From Edaphobacter sp. (GTDB taxonomy: Bacteria; Acidobacteriota; Terriglobia; Terriglobales; Acidobacteriaceae), in assembly GCA_035570955.1 (NCBI GenBank), contig DATMKY010000035.1:16782-80781 (forward strand): a stretch of DNA of 64,000 nucleotides. The letters are read 5' to 3'. The translations under genes were made by a program, and so were the position numbers. Of this stretch, positions 31,033 through 39,866 are shown in pieces. The notes beneath the pieces were generated by a model, which did no database searches, was not told the DNA's origin, and saw only the letters and a list, made by a program, of their open reading frames with translations. The stretch's first letter is position 1; every line of letters begins with the position of its first letter.

Positions 31033-31347
31033 CTAAGCCCTCAAACCAACAAGTCCGCCGGCGATAGCTCCGATCACTAACAGCGGCTCCTTCCCCTCCG
31101 CGACCGCCTCCGGAAGCAACTCATCCGGGGAACGATGTGAGATGTCCTCCATACACACAAAGAATCGCAGAAACGCTCGCCGCTTCAACGTCCCATACTC
31201 CCGAATCGTCCCTCGCAGCATCGGATACCGCGCCTCCAACTCATCCAACACTGCACGCAAGGTAATTGGCCCTTCAACCTGTAGTATTACTTCACCCTTT
31301 ACCTTCGCCAGCGTGCGCAGATGTTGCGGCAACTCCACCCGAATCAT
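31033..31347 (-). CDS. MoaD/ThiS-family ubiquitin-like protein with C-terminal extension after GG
   Basis: [39 protein letters not shown] followed by LVGLRA*. Confidence 0.82.
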   Translation of the reverse strand: MIRVELPQHLRTLAKVKGEVILQVEGPITLRAVLDELEARYPMLRGTIREYGTLKRRAFLRFFVCMEDISHRSPDELLPEAVAEGKEPLLVIGAIAGGLVGLRA

Positions 31348-32459
31348 GTGAGCGTCTGAACCTCAACCGAAAGCACTGCCGGCAAGTCCCGCACAATTGG
31401 CTCCCAGCTATCGCCTCCGTCGGCCGATCCGTACACCTGACCGCCGGTAGTCCCAAAGTAAACCCCACACTCATCCATCGAATCAACTGCCATCGCATCC
31501 CGTAGAACGTTCACGTAGCAATCCTTCTGCGGTAGTCCCTGCGTCAGCGGCTCCCACTCATTTCCACCGGACCGGCTCCGAAAAACCTGCAGCTTTCCAT
31601 CCAGGGGAAAGTGTTCCGAATCGCTCTTGATCGGAACTACGAAAATAGTCTCCGGCTCGTGTGCATGAACATCGATCACAAACCCAAAATCAGTGGGCAG
31701 ATTCCCGCTCACCTCTGTCCAAGAGTCGCCTGCATTATCGCTGCGCATCACGTCCCAGTGTTTCTGCATAAACAAAACGCCCGGCCGTGAAGGATGCATC
31801 GCAATGTGATGCACACAATGCCCTACCTCGGCGTCCTGGTCGGGCATAAACTGCGACCTCAGCCCCTTATTGATCGGCAACCACGTCTTGCCTCCGTCAT
31901 CCGTCCGGAAAGCTCCGGCGGCAGAGATGGCAATATAAATCCGCTCCGGAACTTTGGGGTCGAGGATAATTGTATGCAGACACATTCCACCAGCACCCGG
32001 CTGCCAATGCGGCCCCGAGCCATGTCCGCGGAGCCCTGACAGCTCCTGCCAGTTCTGCCCCCCATCCTTCGAATGAAATAACGCAGCATCCTCCGCACCC
32101 GCATACACCTCATCCGCGTTCTTTAGCGATGGCTCCAGATGCCATACTCGCTTGAACTCCCAGGGATGCGGCGTTCCGTCGTACCACTGGTGCGTCCCAG
32201 GAACGCCGTCATACAGAAACTTATTCCCCACCTGCTCCCAGGTCTTGCCGCCATCGTCCGAACGTTGAATAATCTGTCCAAACCACCCGCTGGACTGAGA
32301 GGCATAGAGCCTCTCCGGATTCACCGGCGAACCTTTTACGTGATAGATCTCCCATCCAGCAAAATGAGGCCCACTCACCTCCCACTTCTTGCGTTTGCCA
32401 TCCGAAGTCAAAACGAAGGCGCCTTTACGCGTACCAACCAGCAATCTCACCTTGCTCAT
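31344..32459 (-). CDS. BNR/Asp-box repeat beta-propeller (sialidase/WD40-YVTN-like), no signal peptide
   Basis: Repeated SxDGGxTW boxes ([40 protein letters not shown]); ATGA overlap with the MoaD-like gene. Confidence 0.88.
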   Translation of the reverse strand: MSKVRLLVGTRKGAFVLTSDGKRKKWEVSGPHFAGWEIYHVKGSPVNPERLYASQSSGWFGQIIQRSDDGGKTWEQVGNKFLYDGVPGTHQWYDGTPHPWEFKRVWHLEPSLKNADEVYAGAEDAALFHSKDGGQNWQELSGLRGHGSGPHWQPGAGGMCLHTIILDPKVPERIYIAISAAGAFRTDDGGKTWLPINKGLRSQFMPDQDAEVGHCVHHIAMHPSRPGVLFMQKHWDVMRSDNAGDSWTEVSGNLPTDFGFVIDVHAHEPETIFVVPIKSDSEHFPLDGKLQVFRSRSGGNEWEPLTQGLPQKDCYVNVLRDAMAVDSMDECGVYFGTTGGQVYGSADGGDSWEPIVRDLPAVLSVEVQTLT

Positions 32460-32553
32460 GACGCACCTTTCTCGAAGAGAATTTCCAGCAACGCACGGGC
32501 GTATCCCGGCTGCATCTTGGAGGCCAAGATACCACCAAAGCTAGTGGGTAAGA

Positions 32554-32895
32554 TCATGCTTTTACAGCAGCCGGAAGAATTCCTAAAGTCCCGTCCACCA
32601 CTTCCACAAAATTCCTCTCTTCCCGAAGAATGAAGCGCTTGCTTTGTGCCAGCGCAAAGTTCTCCTGTGCCTCGGCATCGGTGTGCAATCTCGCCCTGTA
32701 AGCCTCGTATGCGGCAAGACCTTCGAAGGCAATCAATCCCCACCCAACGTCGTTTGTGCCCTCGTGAGGAAGAAAGTAGCCAATGAGATGACCGCCGCAC
32801 CGAGGAATGATGCGTCCCCAATTCTGTGCATATCTTTTGAATGCGTCTCGTTGAAAAGGGTCGATCTGATAGCGGATGATGCAGGTAATTGTCAT
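32554..32895 (-). CDS. NIPSNAP-family protein
   Basis: [38 protein letters not shown]; possible upstream GTG start at 33024. Confidence 0.85.
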   Translation of the reverse strand: MTITCIIRYQIDPFQRDAFKRYAQNWGRIIPRCGGHLIGYFLPHEGTNDVGWGLIAFEGLAAYEAYRARLHTDAEAQENFALAQSKRFILREERNFVEVVDGTLGILPAAVKA

Positions 32896-33058
32896 AGCGG
32901 TTCCCTTTAATATCCATTGCACCGGCACATCGATCCCCACTCCGGAAGGCACCCACACCGCAGCGATCATCCCGATCGCTTCGCGACGGTTGATCTTCAG
33001 CGGCGATGTCTCTTCCGGGCTCACTTGAAATCACTATGGCACTTGCCGAACGACAATA

Positions 33059-33076
33059 CTTCGCTTAACGTCGAAG
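33059..33076. promoter_or_regulatory. inverted repeat CTTCG-N8-CGAAG, probable ArsR-family operator
   Basis: cttcg cttaacgt cgaag ends 1 nt before the ArsR ATG, in the divergent intergenic region. Confidence 0.6.
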
Positions 33077-33077
33077 C

Positions 33078-33773
33078 ATGGATGCAACGCAAAATACTAA
33101 AATCTCGGCGTTCGCATCAGCCATCGGTGAACCAGCGCGTGCCCGCATCCTTTCGAGCCTGATGGATGGACACGCGCGCACCAGCACAGAACTCGCCATC
33201 ATTGCCGGCGTCGGACCTTCCACTGCCAGCGCACATCTGCACCGGCTTACAGCGGCACATCTCATCAAGGTCTTTGTGCAGGGAAAACACCGTTACTACA
33301 GCCTCAACGGGCCCGACGTCGCGCATGTGCTCGAAGGATTGAATGTCCTCGCCGGAGGCATTCACAACCAGTTCGCGCCGAACACGCCCAATCGTCTCTG
33401 TCTCGCGCGTACCTGCTATGACCACCTCGCCGGCAAAGTGGCCGTCGCTCTTCATGATCGGTTCTACAAGCTCGGCTGGCTCTCGCCGTTGTCTGAAGAC
33501 GCTAAAGACTACGAGTTAACCACAGCAGGGACCAAAGCAATCGAATCTCTCGGTATCAACATCGAAGAAACACGGTCTCTACGACGCCGTTTCGCTCCTG
33601 CGTGCCTCGATTGGAGCGAGCGTCGCCCCCACATCGGCGGAGCTCTCGGAGCAGCACTACTGAAATCGGCTCTCAAACGAAAGTGGCTGACACGTGACCT
33701 CGATAGCAGGGCTCTCGCAATCACCAGAACAGGCAAACGCGAGATGCAGGGACGGTTTGGATTGAATATCTAA
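33078..33773 (+). CDS. ArsR/SmtB-family regulator with Cys-containing C-terminal domain
   Basis: EPARARIL, STASAHL, QGKHRYY, ARTCYDHLAG, CLDWSERRPH. Confidence 0.88.
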   Translation: MDATQNTKISAFASAIGEPARARILSSLMDGHARTSTELAIIAGVGPSTASAHLHRLTAAHLIKVFVQGKHRYYSLNGPDVAHVLEGLNVLAGGIHNQFAPNTPNRLCLARTCYDHLAGKVAVALHDRFYKLGWLSPLSEDAKDYELTTAGTKAIESLGINIEETRSLRRRFAPACLDWSERRPHIGGALGAALLKSALKRKWLTRDLDSRALAITRTGKREMQGRFGLNI

Positions 33774-33869
33774 CATCAATACCGAACAAAATCGCTAGGT
33801 AACGATCATAATCAACCGTTACACTCTTCCCAACCGTTCGTTCTACCCTCACCTTCGCAGGAGCGCCCT

Positions 33870-35108
33870 TTGTCGCGATTCACTGGCCTACTCGGCCTCA
33901 TCACGTTTCTCGGCCTTGCCTACGCCTTCTCGACCAACCGCCGCGCCATCCGCTGGCGGACCGTGGTGTGGGGGCTCGGCTTGCAGATCATTTTTGCCTT
34001 CCTCGTCATCAAGTGGAGCCTCGGCCAGCGCATCCTCAGCAGTATCTCCTCGGTTATTACCGGACTCCTTGGCCATTCCGCAGACGGTTCCTCGCTCGTC
34101 TTCGGCCGCATCGGGACACCCGGCGACGCACTCGCCACCTTGGCCTTCGCCGTTCTGCCCACCATCATCTTTGTCAGTGCGTTTTTCGCCATCATGTACC
34201 ACATTGGACTCATGCAGCAGATCATCAAGGCTGTCGCCTGGATCATGCAGCGAACCATGGGTACCTCGGGCGCCGAATCCACCAACGTTGCCGCCAGCAT
34301 CTTCATGGGCCAGACCGAAGCCCCGCTCACCATTCGCCCCTTTCTCGCCGGAGCTACTCAGTCCGAACTCATGACAATCATGACCTCCGGTATGGCTCAC
34401 GTCTCTGGCGGAATCATGGCCGCATATATCAGCTTCGGCATCAACGCCAAAGACCTGCTCTCCGCCGTCATCATGACTGCGCCAGGCACCATCCTCGTCG
34501 CCAAGATGCTCGTCCCTGAAACCGAAGTCCCCGCAACCGCTGGCACAGTTCACATGCCGCCCAACGAAGAACACAAGAATGAGAATTTCATCGCTGCCAT
34601 CGCCCGCGGCACCATCGACGGCGGTCAGCTCGCCTTCAACGTTGCGATCATGCTCATTAGCTTCGTCGCACTTGTCGGCCTTGCCAACGCCATCATGCTC
34701 GGCATCTCAAATTTCGCCTGGGCCCACGGTCATATCCCCTTCCCTCATTCGCTGAACGCCGTCCTCGGCGTAGTCGGCGCTCCCATTGCCTGGCTCATCG
34801 GAATCCCCTGGCACGAGGCTCGCACCATTGGCAACCTCCTCGGCACCCGTACCATGATCAACGAGTTTCTCGCCTTCCAGCAGCTTGGCCCGCTTAAAGC
34901 CTCGATCAATCCGCGGAGTTTCTCGATCGCTACCTTCGCGCTCTGTGGTTTCGCCAATGTCGGAAGCATAGGAATGCAGATCGGTGGCATAGGCGCACTG
35001 GTCCCCAACCGCCGTAACGACTTGGCGCAACTCGGACTCCGCGCCATGCTCGCCGGGACGATGGCAAACCTCATGTCCGCCAGCATCGTCTCTATCCTGC
35101 TGCACTGA
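33870..35108 (+). CDS. nupC: CNT/NupC-family nucleoside transporter
   Basis: ASIFMGQTEAPL, INEFLAF, FALCGFAN, GTMANLMSA; TTG start after AGGAG. Confidence 0.92.
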   Translation: MSRFTGLLGLITFLGLAYAFSTNRRAIRWRTVVWGLGLQIIFAFLVIKWSLGQRILSSISSVITGLLGHSADGSSLVFGRIGTPGDALATLAFAVLPTIIFVSAFFAIMYHIGLMQQIIKAVAWIMQRTMGTSGAESTNVAASIFMGQTEAPLTIRPFLAGATQSELMTIMTSGMAHVSGGIMAAYISFGINAKDLLSAVIMTAPGTILVAKMLVPETEVPATAGTVHMPPNEEHKNENFIAAIARGTIDGGQLAFNVAIMLISFVALVGLANAIMLGISNFAWAHGHIPFPHSLNAVLGVVGAPIAWLIGIPWHEARTIGNLLGTRTMINEFLAFQQLGPLKASINPRSFSIATFALCGFANVGSIGMQIGGIGALVPNRRNDLAQLGLRAMLAGTMANLMSASIVSILLH

Positions 35109-35388
35109 AACGATTCAAAAAGAAGGATTTCAATAACAGAACAGCTCCATAATCTTGGATAATTCTCGTCCCTCCCCAGACGAAATCCTCATCTTCCTCA
35201 GCAAATCTGAAATGGAAGGGAACGTGCTAATAAGCAAAAGAGTTGACGTGGTTACGGTAATCGAACCGCATCGCTTTTTCCGAGAACTCCTCTGCCTTAG
35301 ATAAAACAAGCGGCCGAAGACAGGCCCAATAGCATTCGCTTTAGCCATTGAGAGCGATTCAACCCAGACCATCTCACAGGAGAGGCTT

Positions 35389-38300
35389 ATGAGTTCACGT
35401 CTGTTGAAGGGCATTTTCTTCCTTTTTCTCTTTCTTGCCGTCATTCCAGGTTTTGGCCAAAGTGCGAATACCTCCCTCCGCGGCACCGTCAAAGATCCCA
35501 CCGGAGCCGTCATTCCCGGAGCAAAAATCAACCTGGTCGACAACGGTACAGGCCTTACCTTCTCTGCAGAATCCAACGCAGCCGGAGAGTACCAGTTCGC
35601 CCAGATTCCTCCTGCCAAATACAACATCACCGTGACCGCCTCCGGATTCGGAGCTCAGACCAAAGTCGCAGAGCTGCTCGTGAACCAGCCTGCAACTATT
35701 AACTTTGCTTTGAGCGTCACGACGACCCAGGAAGTCATGAACGTCACCGCCGAGGCCCAGACCCTCAATGTCAGCGACGCCTCGCTCGGCAGCTCGACTA
35801 ACAACGCTACTATTCAGGCACTCCCCAGCGAAACCCGGAACGTCCCCGACATCCTTTCGCTACAGCCGGGTGTCGTCTATATGCCTCCACCGGACAATCC
35901 CGCAATGCAGGATAGCCGTAGCGGCGCGGTGAACGGCGGCCGCTCCGATCAAGGAAACATCACGGTCGACGGCATCGACGACAATGATCAGGTCAACGGC
36001 TTCGCATTTACCGGAGTTCTCCGCCAAACCCAGGATTCCATCGAAGAGTTCCGCGTCACCACGGGTAACGCCAATGCCGACGCCGGCCGCTCCTCCGGCG
36101 CACAGGTAAGCCTTGTCACAAAATCCGGCACCAATCACTTTCACGGTGCGGCCTATGAATATAACCGCCCCACCATCACTGTCGCCAACAACTTCTTCAA
36201 CAAGCAAGCTCAGCTCAATAGCGGTGAAGCCAATCGTCCCGGCAAGCTCATCCGCAATATCTTCGGCGGCGACCTCGGTGGCCCCATCCTCAAAGACAAG
36301 CTCTTTTTCTTTGCAAACTATGAAGGTACGAGGCAGGCCGAAAGCTCCCAGGTAGTCGAAACCGTACCTACTGCCGCCTACCAGAGCGGCATCCTCCAGT
36401 ACACCGGCGCGTCCGGTGGAACGGTATCCCTTACCCCGGCACAAATTGCGAGTCTCGACGCAGGCTGCACTGTCTGCAATACACCTGCCTACAAGCCCGG
36501 CCCGGGACCAAATCCAAATGCGCTGGGTTATTTCAAATCAATGCCCGCCGCAAATGGCTTCGCCGCCGGAGACCTGCTCAACACCGGCTCCTACTCCTTT
36601 TCCTCACCCAATCCCAAGACCCTGAACACAACCATCGTGCGTCTCGACTATCTCCCGACCTCGAAGCATCGCATCTTTGCTCGCGGCAATCTTCAGAAAG
36701 ACACTACCGGTGCTGTAGAACAATTTCCCGGACAAGGTCCTTCGTCCGTGCTCATCGATAACAGCAAAGGCATGACCTTCGGCGATACCTGGACCATCTC
36801 GCCCAGCATGGTCAACGATATTCGCTATGGATATATCCGTCAGGGATTCGGTAACACCGGCATCGGTACTGGCGACTATGTCGACTTCCGTTTCATCGCC
36901 AACGCAACAGCTGAGACGCGCAGTACCGTCGTCAGCGTCCCGGTCAACAATATTGTCGACAACCTTAGCTGGAGCAAAGGCAGACATACGATTCAAGCGG
37001 GGGCCAACTGGCGTCTTGTTCACCAGAACCGCAATTCCAACTCCATCTCCTTCAACTCAGCTACCTCCAATCCGTCATGGCTCGGTGGCGACCCGCCGGA
37101 CCCCAGTACTTTGGGCCTGGATTCCGTCGACGGTGGCTTTAGCAGCTCTTATCAACAAGCCTTCGCCAATCTTGTCGGCACAATTCCGGAGGTCAACAGC
37201 CAGTACAACTATGCTGTCAGCAGCCCTACTTCCGGTAGCTTGCTTGCTGACGGCGCCTTCATTGATCGTCACTTTAGCGCAAATGAGTATGAGTGGTACG
37301 TGCAGGACTCATGGCGCGTAAAACCGAACCTCACTCTCACCTTCGGTGTCCGACACACCATTCTCCAGACACCATGGGAGACTAAGGGGCAGCAGGTAGC
37401 GCCCACGATCGACACTCATACCTGGTACACGCAGCGCGAGATCGCTGCACAAAAGGGGCAGATCTACGAACCCGATCTTCAATTTGCACCCAACGGTCCT
37501 TTCTACGGAAAGCCGGGTTATTGGCCGAAATCGAAAGATGACTTTGCTCCTCGCTTCGCTGTCGCCTGGTCGCCCGACGCCAAAACCTCGGTCCGGGCCG
37601 GTGTGGGTATGTACTACGACCATTACGGGCAGAGTCTTATCAGCATCTTCGACCAGAATGGGTCCTTCGGTCTTTCCAGCCAGGTAACAAATCCTGCAGG
37701 TCAGTTCACGACCAACACGTCTCCTCGCTTCATCGATCGACATACGCTGCCCTTCGCCAATGGAACTGCTCCAGCGACTCAGACCTTCCCCTACACTGCA
37801 CCCGTCGATAACTTCGCAATTACCTGGGGTCTCGACAGCAACCTGAAGACCCCGTACACGGAGGCTTTCGATCTGTCGATCCAACGCGAACTACCGGGCG
37901 GCTTCACCATCGAGACCGCCTATGTCGGGCGACTCGGGAAGCACCTCCTTCAAAGCCTCGACCTGGCTGAACCAGTTAACTTCGTCGATCCTCAAGGCGG
38001 AGGTGATTACTTCACCGCAGGGGCGAAGCTTTCAGCTCTCGTCGACAAAAACGGAGGAGATAACGGCGCAACAGTTCCCGCTATCCCCTATTTTGAACAT
38101 GTCTTTCCGTTCATGGCTGGCGTCGATTTCACAGGAGAAAGCGCCACCCAGGCCATCTATACCAACGAATGGGCCCCCTACCGCGGAATTCTCGGTGCCA
38201 CCACAGCTCTTGCCGACATTGACTTCTTCTGTGTGTACGGCTGCCCGGCCGGCTACCAGTCGAAGTTCTGGCAGGATCAGTTCTCCTCGCTCTATGCTCT

Positions 38301-39105
38301 CTCCACCGTTGGCATGAGCTATTACAACGCCGCGCAGATCACGCTCCGTCATCCCATGAGCCATGGCCTGCAGGCTGATATCAGTTACACCTACTCCCGA
38401 TCCATCGACTTTGGCTCCGATGCCGAGCGCAGCACCGAGTTCGCCAACGGTGTCGCCTTCGGAAACAGCAGCATAATCAATACGTGGAACCCTGCACTAA
38501 ATCGCTCAGTCTCGGACTTCGATACCGCGCATCTTGTCACAGTCGACTGGGTCTATCAGCTTCCCTTTGGCCGCGGCGCTAAGTATCTCAGCAGCACCGG
38601 CGGGATCGTCAACGCGTTCATTGGCGGGTGGCAACTCTCAGGCATCATGCGAGCTACCAGCGGCTTCCCATTCTCTGTCTACGATCCCGGTTGGACCACC
38701 GACTGGCAGCAGAGTGGAAATGGAGTCGTCACTGGAAAAGTCAAGACCCGTTTTCACTTCGATCAGAACGGAAGCCCGCAGTTTTTCGATAACCCCGACG
38801 CTATCAACTCGGGCTTGAGTACGGGCGGGCCAATTCGGTTTTCTTATCCGGGTGAGAACGGTCAACGCAACAACTTCCGTGGTGAGGGTATCTTCGATCT
38901 CGATTCGGGTCTCTCCAAAGCATGGAAGTTCGGAGACTACGGTGGGTTGAAGTTCGCCTGGGAAGTCTACAACGTCACTAACACAGACCGCTTCGACGTA
39001 CCCAACAACCAACAGATCCAACTCACAAGCGGCAGCCTTGGCATCTCGAACAGTCTGCTGAGTGTACCGCGACGCATGCAGTTCTCCTTGCGCTACGACT
39101 TCTAA
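35389..39105 (+). CDS. TonB-dependent receptor, Oar-like, with N-terminal carboxypeptidase-regulatory-like domain
   Basis: Signal peptide, GTVKDPTGAVIPGA, plug EEFRV...GRSSGA...KSGTN, C-terminal PRRMQFSLRYDF. Confidence 0.92.
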   Translation: MSSRLLKGIFFLFLFLAVIPGFGQSANTSLRGTVKDPTGAVIPGAKINLVDNGTGLTFSAESNAAGEYQFAQIPPAKYNITVTASGFGAQTKVAELLVNQPATINFALSVTTTQEVMNVTAEAQTLNVSDASLGSSTNNATIQALPSETRNVPDILSLQPGVVYMPPPDNPAMQDSRSGAVNGGRSDQGNITVDGIDDNDQVNGFAFTGVLRQTQDSIEEFRVTTGNANADAGRSSGAQVSLVTKSGTNHFHGAAYEYNRPTITVANNFFNKQAQLNSGEANRPGKLIRNIFGGDLGGPILKDKLFFFANYEGTRQAESSQVVETVPTAAYQSGILQYTGASGGTVSLTPAQIASLDAGCTVCNTPAYKPGPGPNPNALGYFKSMPAANGFAAGDLLNTGSYSFSSPNPKTLNTTIVRLDYLPTSKHRIFARGNLQKDTTGAVEQFPGQGPSSVLIDNSKGMTFGDTWTISPSMVNDIRYGYIRQGFGNTGIGTGDYVDFRFIANATAETRSTVVSVPVNNIVDNLSWSKGRHTIQAGANWRLVHQNRNSNSISFNSATSNPSWLGGDPPDPSTLGLDSVDGGFSSSYQQAFANLVGTIPEVNSQYNYAVSSPTSGSLLADGAFIDRHFSANEYEWYVQDSWRVKPNLTLTFGVRHTILQTPWETKGQQVAPTIDTHTWYTQREIAAQKGQIYEPDLQFAPNGPFYGKPGYWPKSKDDFAPRFAVAWSPDAKTSVRAGVGMYYDHYGQSLISIFDQNGSFGLSSQVTNPAGQFTTNTSPRFIDRHTLPFANGTAPATQTFPYTAPVDNFAITWGLDSNLKTPYTEAFDLSIQRELPGGFTIETAYVGRLGKHLLQSLDLAEPVNFVDPQGGGDYFTAGAKLSALVDKNGGDNGATVPAIPYFEHVFPFMAGVDFTGESATQAIYTNEWAPYRGILGATTALADIDFFCVYGCPAGYQSKFWQDQFSSLYALSTVGMSYYNAAQITLRHPMSHGLQADISYTYSRSIDFGSDAERSTEFANGVAFGNSSIINTWNPALNRSVSDFDTAHLVTVDWVYQLPFGRGAKYLSSTGGIVNAFIGGWQLSGIMRATSGFPFSVYDPGWTTDWQQSGNGVVTGKVKTRFHFDQNGSPQFFDNPDAINSGLSTGGPIRFSYPGENGQRNNFRGEGIFDLDSGLSKAWKFGDYGGLKFAWEVYNVTNTDRFDVPNNQQIQLTSGSLGISNSLLSVPRRMQFSLRYDF

Positions 39106-39121
39106 CCCTCGCTCAACACTC

Positions 39122-39153
39122 AAACCCGCCGGCTTATCCGGCGGGTTTTCTTT
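39122..39153 (+). terminator. Rho-independent terminator after the TonB-dependent receptor
   Basis: aaacccgccgg-cttat-ccggcgggttt hairpin followed by ttcttt, between convergent genes. Confidence 0.85.
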
Positions 39154-39178
39154 GCTCGAAATCCATTCGAACTAATCT

Positions 39179-39724
39179 TCATTCAGCAACCAACCTTAGA
39201 TAATTCGGCTCATCCGCGATCGTCTTATAACGAAACTCGCGGACGACTTTCGAACCCTTCAGAAAGAAAATAGCCTGCATCTGCTTGCCATCTTCCTTAA
39301 TCGCCCCTATCCCGTGTTGGAAGAGGGCACCCTTCAACCAACCCACCCAGACTGCAGGTTGAAACAGCGTGAGAATGGGATGAATCCGCGAAATCGCAAA
39401 CATTGGAAGCTGATATACCTTCGCTTCCGGATCGCTCACCCGCTCCACATGTCCAATCCCGTAATAGTCAAAGAACGGTTTCGCCCGCTCCGGAGTCCCC
39501 AGGTGCACAAACACCGGCCGAACCCGGCGTTTCGCCAGCTCATCCTGCAGATCAGCAATATCGCTGATTGCCTGCCTGCAAAACGAACACCCAAAGTGCC
39601 GCAAAAAAATCAGCAGCACCGGCGAAGCCTCTGCCAGTTCCAGCAGACTCGCACCCGACTCCGTACGAATCGAAGCCAGCGCCACCGCAACATCGTAGAC
39701 AGGATCTGGATCCACACTTGTCAT
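39179..39724 (-). CDS. peroxiredoxin-like (AhpC/TSA_2, SelL-related) redox protein
   Basis: FLRHFGCSFCR (CxxC), SDPE, thioredoxin-fold pattern. Confidence 0.75.
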   Translation of the reverse strand: MTSVDPDPVYDVAVALASIRTESGASLLELAEASPVLLIFLRHFGCSFCRQAISDIADLQDELAKRRVRPVFVHLGTPERAKPFFDYYGIGHVERVSDPEAKVYQLPMFAISRIHPILTLFQPAVWVGWLKGALFQHGIGAIKEDGKQMQAIFFLKGSKVVREFRYKTIADEPNYLRLVAE

Positions 39725-39866
39725 GGTCGTAACGATTCGAAACGAACACAAGTATACCGTCGCATACCCAGAAACCCTGACACCTTGGCCCTAGTTTGAC
39801 TTCCAAAACCCTCAGTAGGACAATTGTCTCCTTCCCCCGGGTGAATCAGGAAATGAGGCCTCCCCC

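Noticed and set aside
31344-32459. Calling the BNR protein a true sialidase
   Set aside because: Asp-box repeats are structural; there is no signal peptide or recognisable RIP motif, and the context is not glycan catabolism.
39179-39724. Possible selenoprotein (SelL-related)
   Set aside because: The redox motif is encoded as Cys-x-x-Cys with no in-frame TGA.
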